Origin: Orbicella franksi
Lineage: Eukaryota
Assembly: GCA_964199315.1 (NCBI GenBank)
Contig: OZ116702.1
Location: 33,852,001-33,916,000 of the forward strand
DNA length: 64,000 bases
Direction of reading: 5' to 3'
Shown here: piece by piece, positions 50,801 through 61,587 of the stretch
Layout: each line of letters begins with the position of its first letter
Position numbering within the stretch: position 1 is the first letter of the stretch
Program-made: the position numbers and the translations under genes
Notes under the pieces: model-generated
The model's database searches: none
Seen by the model: the letters and a program-made list of their open reading frames with translations, nothing else
Told to the model about the DNA's origin: nothing

Positions 50801-53800
50801 GCTTGTCAAGCAGCTCCTAAACGTGTACAATATTAACAAACAAACAACAACAAAACTTTATTCCTTTTTCATTAATTTACAGCCATGAATTTTACGTTAA
50901 TGATTTGTCTTACATCTACACTTTGTTGTAATATTCTTGTTAGGTTGAAAAATTTGTTATGAAACAAAAAGAGGAGTTGAAAAAGCGAGCCAGTGCAATG
51001 GCAAAAAAGAGCCTGGGATCGATAAAAACCGTGGCGTCATATGCTGGAGAGAAAATTGAGAAAGCACGGTAAGTCAGAAGTTTTCTTTTCACTTTGCTTA
51101 ATTCGCTTTAATAACAGTAACTTTGATCAGACCTCTTTCATCAACAGATACGCTAGCAAGATAGAGGCGAGCAACAATCTAAACAAACTAAGGAGCCTTG
51201 TTCTTGGCATACAGAGTGGAATCTCTACTGTCGTCACCTTCGGCTTCCTTGGTTTGGGCTTTTGGTGAGTTAACGTACATTTTATCTCCAGTAAAGGTTA
51301 AGGTTTGTTTCAACGCCAGTTTGGACCTTTGCTGTTCTTGATATCCAATCAGAAACTATCACGGGAAGTCGTTCACAACTCCTGAGGACAATCTAGGGGC
51401 ATCTCTGAAAATCTTGCTGAACCACTAAGGAACTTTTAAATTCTTCTCTGTTATCTTTATGATTGCGGTTACTCAGACTACAGAAATTCCTGACGAAAAA
51501 ATTACCCTCAACCAATTCTCTGAGACTTGTTTTCATCTAGACTGGCAGTTCATTATACGAAGTCGCTAATCAGTTCAGAGGTGAAAATAGCATGAAGTAA
51601 ATGAGTAAATGCATGAATGAGTGAAAGAATAAGAGATATATCTGAGAATTGGAGTTCGCATCAAGCACAAAAAAAAGAGAAAATACAAAAATTGCAGCAG
51701 CCCCGTGAGAGATTTGAACTCTCGACCCCTGGTTTACAAGACCAGTGCTCTAACCACTGAGCTAACGAGGCTGCCATGCCACATCAGTTAACTTTTAATA
51801 ATGTTGTTCTGTAACTATGTTTCACAGTTCAATTCTCTAATGTTTATGTGTTAGATACTAACGGAATCTCCGCTAAAATCTCATCTAGGTACAGTTCCAC
51901 TCTATTACCAGGAGGAAATGTGACTCCAGGAGCTTTGATGACGGTCAGTTCCTTTGCATGTTTGTTTTCTCTTTCGTTTGCTACTTTTGTTTTTTCGCTT
52001 ATTCAAGTTTTAATGATGAAGTACACATAGTATACCTCAAGTACTCTTTTTTCGCTGATTATTATACGCCAGACGTTGTTTTATCTCCCTAATTATATTG
52101 CGAAGTCATTTTAAATTCGACGGATTTTTTCCGAAATATTGCGTGGAAACGATGTTTTCGGTTAAGTCTGTGTTCTGGTAAAGTGACGCAACAGGTTGGC
52201 GGTTATTTCCTGTATCTCTACTCCCTCTTGGATGGGTGCTAGTCCATAAGAGGGTTACTTACGTTATACCCTGTATTAAATTCGCCGGTACCCATCTGTA
52301 CACCTGGGTGGAGAGAGGCACTTGTGTGTGAAAATGTCTTGCCCAAGAACAAAACAAAATATCCCCGGCCAGGGCGATGTCTTGAAGTGTTTAATGCGCA
52401 CTGCGGTCCTTATATTTCTGTTGACTTGTCCCTTTTGTTCAATAAAGATATTTATGGCGATCATTTCTGGAGTGATGCAAATGGCAGGAACCGGAGAGCA
52501 AGCGGAAGACGTCGGTGACGCCAGAACAGCGCTTTCATCTCTGCTCGGAGTCTCAGAGTCGGTAAGATCTTTTGTTTTATGGTATATTTTTTGATTCGAA
52601 ATGCTACTCTCCTGAGCGTTGTGCGGCAACCCGAAAACAGCAATGATGGAGCCAAAGATGCAACAGAGGCAACAAAGATATACATTTTTTTTCTCGTAGG
52701 CTGATGAAGACCCATTTGACAAGGCTACCAGTCAACTTGACACAGTGTTTGGTAAACTGGATGTTTTCAATGTTTACTTCCATTATCCCTCCCGACCCGA
52801 ATATCAGGTATGATGTTTAGACGCACAGTGGCACGTTTGGCTGCTTCACTTTACTTCCTATTGTTCAACTAAATGTTAAAGTTCGTCCTAATTTTGGTCT
52901 GTAATGAGGAACTTAAATATTGTAGTTTTTCTAGACAAGAAAACACTCATAAGAATTAAATCAATTTTGTTCTTATTTAGGCGAACTTTGAATAGAGAAT
53001 AATTCAGTCCTCTTTGTCTTTTTAACGAAATCAATACGTTGTATGTTTTCCATCTCACAGGTGTTGAAGTCGATTAACTTCACGGTAGAAGAAGGTCAGA
53101 CGATTGCCTTGTTGGGTGACAAGGGTAGCGGGAAAAGTGCACTTATAAAATTGCTGCAGAGAATTTATGATCCACAGACTGGGAAAGTAAGACTGTAAAA
53201 CTATAATGTATTCTCAACGGCTCTCTGCACGCATTGCATGCCTATGTCACGAGTTCACAAAAAAAGACTAAATTTCTCCTGACTTCAACCTTTCTTCCAT
53301 GCGGTGGCCTGATGCATCATTCCTATTTAATTTTCTCAGGGTATCGTGAATTTCTTTATTTTAAAGCACACGTACTTATGTTTGTCTTTATTTTTGACAC
53401 AAAGGTGAGGCTCGATGGACAAGACTTACGTTTCCTTGACCAGCGCTGGTTTCGTCAACAAACTGGGATAGTACACAAGAAACCCGAGTTCTTCAACACT
53501 TCAATAGCAGATAACATTGCATACGGAAAGGGTGACGCGACTTTTAAGGAAATAGTGCGTGCCGCAAAGGCTGCTGGGGCGCACGAGTTCATCACAGCAT
53601 TTCCAAAAGTAAGTTACAGTAGGAATTTTTGAATATTTTTACAGCAATCAACCAGCAGTGGAAATTCCTTTTTCTACGAGGCCTTACGACCTGCAGGGTA
53701 AATAACTTATATGGGTTGAAACTAAATATCTTGAAGGCTGTCTGTTTCATTGTCATGAAATAACGAAGTCGCAAATTTGAGGTGTAAATCTATAAGTATC

Positions 53801-56800
53801 TCCTACACTTTAGGGATACGCTACCGTGCTTTACGACGACGGATCGCCGCTGACATCCTACCAGAAACATTTGCTAGCGCTGGCGCGGGCAATGATCAGA
53901 AAGCCCCGGATACTGCTGTGGGAGGAAGACCTGTCAATCATGGACAACTCTGCTTTAAATGCTCTTACGAACTACTTAGATCAGGTGCGTGTCAATAAAA
54001 AAAAACGCTTTTATGACGGTGTAACCTTGAGAAGGCGATTTTACCTTTTGCTAAAGGATAATCGTAAGCTAAATACACTGATTAATCAATGCAAAGTTTT
54101 AAACTGCATCTGCTCCGTAACCATATTGTGTTTCAGGCTCGCCGAGGTCGCACCACAGTCATTTCAACTAGTCACGTGTCAGTAGCTCGTATTGCTGACG
54201 TCATTATTGTTCTTCACAATGGTGAAATAATTGAACAGGGGAGTCCTGAGGAACTGATGTTATCAGGAAGGGCATTCAGATACTTAGCTACACTTCAAGT
54301 GAGTTAAACCTGATTTCAAATAAGTAAGACTACGTCTATTCGTTCTTGACCTTGGGTTGGTTTAAATAGCAATAATTTTCGTCACATGATCTGAAACTTA
54401 AAGCAGCGAGCTCACACTTTGCCGATGAAGACTTCGAGAGCAGGCCACGTGCTTCGTTTACTTTGAATTTTAGACCCTGTGGGGAGAATTGTTTCATTTC
54501 AAATGATTTCTGGTTTTCTGCCGCCTTGGCAGGTGCCAACGTCTTCAGCGCTATCTAGTTAATTGTGGGAATTGCGGTGGCCTCTTGGTAAGCGTGCTGG
54601 ACGTCGGACGAGGTGATCCCAGTTTAAGCCCTTGCATGAACAAGGTTTATAAATAGAAAGCGACGAATTAGATGTTGGAGATCACTCTGTGGTGGTCTAG
54701 CATGCCATCCAAGGGGACTGGAAACTGTTAGCTGCTTCATGCTACTGAGACCTGAGATAAGAGCCGACCGGATGAGCCATTAAGTTCAAGAACAGACTTC
54801 ACCTACCTGCCGTTTCCTCACAGAAAGAGTTTATAATCGCTTGTTTTGTTTTTGTTTCAGTATTTTGAGTCTCAGACTGTACACCAAGAGAGGTTAATGA
54901 AAACTGGTGAGATTGACGGCTAGTATTGTACACTATAAATTTCTTAAAACAAAGTACTTTTAAGATCTTTATTGAAATTATTTGCTTTAATTCAGTTTCA
55001 GTCTTATTAGAGCCACCGCCGGTCAAAGACGGCATCGAAGAACTGGAGGCTAGTTTAAATCAGAGTCAGGAACAGACTAAAGAGCAAGTAAAAGGTTTCA
55101 TATCAAAAATCCGTCAGATAATCCAAGACAAGGTGACAAAAGCATTCAGCAATTGCTTGTTACTTGAACTAACACGACCATGAAGCATCATATGCATATA
55201 GTTAAATTTCGAAAAGGGTGGAAGAAATCAATTACATAACGCATAAGACTACTCTTCAGTGAGAGTACGATGGCCTCATGGTTAGTGCGCGCGACTCCGG
55301 CTCGAGTGGACCGGGTTCGGGGACATTGTGTTATGTTCTTGGGCAAGACACTTTACTCTCACAGTGCCTCTCTCCACCCAAGTGTATAAATGGGTACCGG
55401 CGAATTTCACTAACATTCCATACACGGGGGAGTAGAGAAATTCCTAGTCGCTTCACGCCACGGAAACCGGGATATGCTCCGGCCTAATGGGCCACTTGGC
55501 TCGTATGCAGACTTAACTTACAGTGAGAGTGTTGGGTTTGCAAGCTTATCGGTAATTTGACATAATATATACTTACGGATAGTGGGAATACCTTCGGCCG
55601 TATATATTTTTGTGGCGCTTTCCTTAGCCTCAATCAATGCTTTTTCAGGCATGACTAGCGGCAGCTGTCTGAAAACATTTCTCTGATAATCAGATATTCA
55701 TGGAATGGCTAGGAGGGAAATGTAGTTAGCATGAAAATGGTGTTGTGATACAATTTGTCCAGACATAACGTTTTAGTTACTTTTAAAAGTATTTCAAGGG
55801 ATTTTTGAAACATTTAATTGATTTCAGTTGAATGACGGAAAGTCCGCATACAACATGATAAGGATGCAGCTTCAGGACTTACCATTGTTGTTAACAGGAG
55901 CTCTGGGAGCTGCTATCACTGGAATGGTCGCCCCAGGTCTCTCTTTTCTTTTCGGCGAAATACAAAAGGTAACAACATTTATCAATTAAATTACATAAAT
56001 GGGGCTTTTCGCTCCGTGTACAGAAGAGTTTTCATTGCTATAAGAAAAACATACTTCTGTAACGCAAGGACCAGTTCTTGCAAGTGTTTTCGTTAATAAC
56101 TAAGCGGGGAAGGTTGACGAAAATAAATTCATCCTCAGAATAAAACATGACTGTTACTTGGTTGCCATAATTAATAAATATGTCCTGAAGAGTCAACATC
56201 GTATGAGTTCATGATTCACAAGTTATTCCCCGAACATCTTTCTCAGGTTTCAGTCCGCTAGGAAGGTTAATCGTAGAGTTTATTCCTTGCGCAAAACGAC
56301 AGTAAAGTAGGTTTCTTTTCTTCTTCACTACTGCTTCACAAAAGGTAGTAACTATATGGAATGTTTGTCTTCTTAGTTTATGAATGATCCTCTGAGGGTT
56401 GCACGTGAAGGGCCATTCTGGGCAAGCATGTTTGTTGTGTTAGGAGCCGTAGTTGGATTTGGTGGCACCATTGAGGTAAGAATTTATTTCCTCAGTGGAA
56501 TGCCCAGATGCATGCTGCGAGCCATCGTTTGTGTTTGCGACTGTATACTCAGCCGACTTTATGATCTCCATACTTAATGCGATCGATCTTCTAGAAATAT
56601 GGAGTCTATCGCCAGTTCATTTATAGGATATGTCTTGTTTTTGAATGCTATAGGTGATTTAGGCTAAAAAAATAGATGTGGATATTTATTATATTTTAGA
56701 AATTTATGCTCAGTTTCGCCACTGAGAAGTTGAGAACAAGACTGCAAAAAATGGCCTTTGATACATCAATAAACAAGGTTAGTGTCATTTTATTTCAATT

Positions 56801-59800
56801 GTCTTCATGGACAGATCTCATTAAAAGTTTAACTGATAAATTATATTGCGTTCAATCAGAACTCAGTTCCTCAAATTCCAGGGATAGGCGACTCACTTAC
56901 CGTATTCCCTGGAGCCGGAGGACAATTTCCTGGTGTACCTCACTCGATGAGGATGGGACTACCCACTGTTCCTGGTGCACCCACCGCGCAGTTACCATCC
57001 ATAGGTAATGCCCCTTCTCAAATGTTCCCTGCAGGAGTCACAGGGCTACCATCTGAACAAATACCAGCTTCTGGTCTGCACGCAGTTGGAAATTTAACAC
57101 CGCATTTGCCATCTGAAATTCCATCTTCTCCAGGATTTCCTAAAATGGTCTCAACAGGGTTACCAGAAATTGGAGCCATTTCCGCTGCACCTCAAACACC
57201 AGGCTTTCCCTCGGGTAGCTTTTCAGCAGGGATATCTACACCGGGATTAGCGCAACATGGTTTACCATCAAACATGGAAACGGCACAAGGCCTTCCCAGA
57301 ATGCCAACTAGTTTAACTCCATTGAACCTAGCAGGAACAGGGCAGATGTCATTGCCGGGATTTGCTGCCGGTCAAGTCCCATCTAATAGCGGATCTTTAT
57401 CTTTGGGATTACCCTCTAATTCAGAAACTACTCCAGGAATGACAGGGATATCTGTTGCTGGTCTACCTTCGGGTGTACCGTCAGTCCCTGGTCTGCCACA
57501 AATACCCGGTAGCGTTCCCACCGGAATCACCCCATCAGGTTTGAGAGCTGGAATAAGCCTTCCTAGTCTTCCAACACAGTCTAGTCAATCTGGAATAGCA
57601 GTATTTAGATTGAACCCTGGTCAATTACCAACTGGAACTCATGATTCATCATTTGGGGAAAGCGGAGGCAGTATGCCCCAGATTCCCGGACTGGGAACCA
57701 GAGTTCCTCTAGCAGTTCCTGAAATCAATTCTGGTATGTCACCACAGGTTTTAGGAATGCCTACAGATATAACATCAGCTGCGAGAATGGTGCCCCCTTC
57801 CACAGCGATAGATTTTCCTGGTACAGCTGGCCTTGGAATGGGAGGTTATGGGGCGGTGATTCCTGACCCACAAGTAAATTCTGGTACGTTGCCACCAGGG
57901 TCATCAGAGGTTGCAGGAATGCCTACAGATTTAACTCCAGCTGCTGGAATGGTGCCAACTTCCACGTCGATAGGTTTTTCCGGTAGGGCAATGATACCTG
58001 GCTCACAAGTTAATTTTGGTATGGTACCACAAGACGGATTATTTCCCAGCTCCACTGCAATACCGACTGGAGCACAACGCTTGGGTGATACCGTGATTCC
58101 TACCAATCCATATGCAGGATCAGTTGATGAAGTGGGAGTTACAAAGCTGCAGGAAATGGGACTCCCGACAAATATGCCGAACCAGGACCTTTTGGTAAGA
58201 ATAGATCTATGCGAATCGACACTGTAAAGCGATAAACTAAGTGTTGACGAGTTCTGGCTGCAAAAATCCTTGTGAATATAACTAAGGAAAAACCCTCAAT
58301 TATTCTTCTTCTTGCAAGTCACGTTGGATAGCAAGCGATTGTATTGAAGACTCCAACCTCGCTTTAAGATTTGATATCTTTGGTTTGATATGGCTTTTTT
58401 GTCTCAGGACTCTTTTAGGATTCTGAAATTGAACGCATATAGAAACAATTTTATGATTTTGAACTAAGAAGTTTTGCTTTACTTAAGGTTTTACCAGATC
58501 CACAAAAACAGGCGGACCTACTCATGAGCCAAGTTGAAAAGGATGTAGAAGCAGCTTTGCAAAACGTGAGTAGTGTTTATTTCCAGATTCGCTTTGTAGC
58601 TGGCTTATTCGTATATATCATAGCTCTCTCATCCTGTATGGAAATTGAACCTAACTCATTTTAGCATTAGAAGAATTGTTTTTAAGAGATAACTGATGTG
58701 CGCACGTTTTAAACGATTCTACTCCCTCAGTTTGCTTTTTCCTTACCAATCAGTCCATAGGCAAATATCTTGGCACCAGGGTCCAGGAGACCTTTTCGTC
58801 CGTATCCACACTTGGTATGGCTTTATACAATGGGTGGAAGATGACACTTGTCGTGTTAGCTGGACTTCCAGTCATTGGGCTGGCTAATCGTATTCAGCAG
58901 AATGAAGCCGATGCTACTGTTGAATCAGAAGGAGTTGAAGAAGTGAGTGTTTAATACATGTAACATGTAACAGTGTAGCCATCGCTAACGCGTCACACGA
59001 CGCTTTTTCGAATTAGTAGAGAGAATCGTCATTACAACAAATCGGTTCTGCCGTTTTGAAATTGTAATTTAATATTAATACAATTCTTTTCTGTTCATGC
59101 TAAGACACTTACCCTGTTCTAATTACACATTAAATTTTTGAGAGGCAAAAAGGTTAAGATAAGAGGTGATGTCCAAGAAAAAAATTATTCGGCTATTAAT
59201 AGATCGGCCAGCTTAAAAGCAATCATATTTTGGCTCTTTTTAGAAACAGCAGTTCTGTTAATGACCTTTACTACATTAATTATAGCTTCTCAAAACAAGC
59301 TTCAAGAAAATGGAAACAATTTCAGCCCTTGGAATGGAAAACAAGTTCGTCAAGAAGTATAAGGATGCTATCTTCGAAAAATACAAGTAAGAATTTATAT
59401 TTGTTTTATAATTAATTTCTACGTTAAATCTGGGAAAGCAACCACGTTTTTAGCAGATCTTATACTTAATGTATTATACATTTGTTATGCTCTTTTTTAC
59501 AGGCATGCGTTGAAGAAAGTCATCGCCAGTGGTTTTGCCTTCGCTGTTGGACAAGCTATGGTGTTTTTCATTTACGCAGGCGCACTGAGGTTCGGTTGCT
59601 ACCTTATCAGCATAGGAGATATGGCAGCTATTGAAGTCTTGGGGTAGGCAGCAGATTTCGTTTCCACTGTAGTTTGCCATTATGCATCCATTGCAGGAAA
59701 AAGAATCCTTCTTTGAAATTGAAATACAGTCGTACTTCCTATAATTAATGGTCCTAGTCAGGAAACCAATTGTGAAAAGAGAAGCTTTGTTGCAGACGGA

Positions 59801-61545
59801 CGCAAAGTGGACCAGGGTATCTAGCATTCAGCAACATTGAAGCCGGCCCATACCCAGTCGGTCGTATTAACGGAATATATTTGAATTATTACAGTAACCT
59901 AATCTTTCTTTAAAATGATGTCATTATGATTGATCCCAATCGATTCAAAACACAACTGACACACGATGTCCGCTGTCCCAACTGGTGATCGTTAGTTGTA
60001 TATTATGGGGTATTTTGGACGTAGTCGTGTTAACCGAGGTTTTCAGAAAATTGACTAAGCCGTCTTCGGGTCAAAAAAGAAATAACCGTAACGCAAGGTT
60101 CTCCGATTTACAAAGAAATAATTTAGTAGGCTTACAGCATAATTTATTTTCTTGTTTCAGTGTGTTAATGACAGTGTTGTTCGGTTCTTATGCTACGGCC
60201 AACTCGCGAGCACCGCCGCACGCGCATGAAGACACCGAAGAATCGCTGAACAGATTGTTCGAGTACGAGGCAGCAAACGTGGAAGATCACATAGGTGATA
60301 AGATGGTGAGCGACAATCTCCTCCTGGCTCTGTTCCACCAGCAGTAAAAGAAAAATTAATTACATTTAGAATTATTTTATGGCAACGTACACGATTAAAC
60401 GGAGCTCAGGGTCATCTCGAACTTGTTTTGAAGCCCTCATTGCACACAGTGGTAAACGTAAAATGGACGTGGAAACAAATAACAACTTAGTGACCCAGAT
60501 TCCTGCAAAAGTAGTTAGTTTTGTTGGATAACATTGCCATGTATCTCTCTCGGTCGATTTTCCTGCAGCCGGGCAATAAGAAAATTCCTAATATGAATAC
60601 GTCTCTAAATATTTGAAGTCACCATGTTGTAATTTATTTCTCAAAGGACGAAGTCGAAGGAAGCTTGGAATTTAAACATGTGGAACTGCCAGACCCTCTA
60701 CACAATGGCGCTCCATTGTTGAGCCAGTTAAACGTGAAGGTCAGCAGTGGACAAACATTAGCCATTGTACCGCTGGACAACGAAAAAATCAATCCATTTG
60801 AACTTTTGTTGGAACGTTTCTTTGATCCTTTCAAGGGTGCATTGGTAAGTAATGTAATTTCATTTTGCTTCAGGTTTTGAAAAAATAAAACCTGTTTATG
60901 AAACGCTAAAATTTGAACGCATATAACTTTGCATCACATTTCAGTTCTTGGATGGTGTGGACATACGCAGTTTGGAACTTTCTTGGTTGCGATCCCGGCA
61001 TGCAGTGGTGTCCCATCGCTCGTTTCTTCCACATTGTAGTATTGCCGAGAACATCGCTTATGGTGACAACAGCAGAGAAATAACGAGGCGCGAGATTGAA
61101 GACGCCGCGTACTCAGCTTATGCACATGAATTTATAACGGATCTAACAAAGGTGAGAAACTGGACCTTTGCTGCGGTCATAAAGGCTCTGCTACAATCTT
61201 AGGCAGTTTGCTGAAGCATTCAGGAATATTATTCCAGGGATATTTATGCTTTTGAATGTTTGTTTCAGGGCTATGACACAGTCCCCAATGAAGATCAAAT
61301 CCAGTTGACCGACAGTCAGAAACTCAGGATCGCTACAGCACGGGCTATTATCCGTGGACCAGCAATCGTTGTGATTGACGAGTTGGAACAGGAAGATCAG
61401 GTGAGTCTGTCAGTCAGTCGGTCAGCCGGATGGTCAGTCAATCATGTCGGTCAGTGAGTCAGTGAGTCAGTTGGTCCGACAATCAGTCAGACGGAAATTC
61501 ATAGATGTAGTGATCCATGCTATGCAGTGATTCATATAAATGAAC

Positions 61546-61587
<42 letters not shown>

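Noticed and set aside
48819-51771. A functional link between Thr tRNA genes and the Thr-rich loops of the host protein
   Set aside because: Mature tRNAs act cell-wide, so genomic position gives no supply advantage. There is no evidence beyond coincidence.
54370-54530. Alternative exon or early stop after NBD1 that would give a half-transporter
   Set aside because: The acceptor is weak and followed immediately by TAA. A better phase-matched exon (54861-54906) links NBD1 to TMD2.
56947-58227. The 426-aa Pro-rich ORF as a stand-alone gene (mucin- or collagen-like)
   Set aside because: It has no signal peptide and no Gly-X-Y periodicity. Good phase-0 splice sites join it in frame to the flanking ABCB exons, so it was treated as an internal exon.
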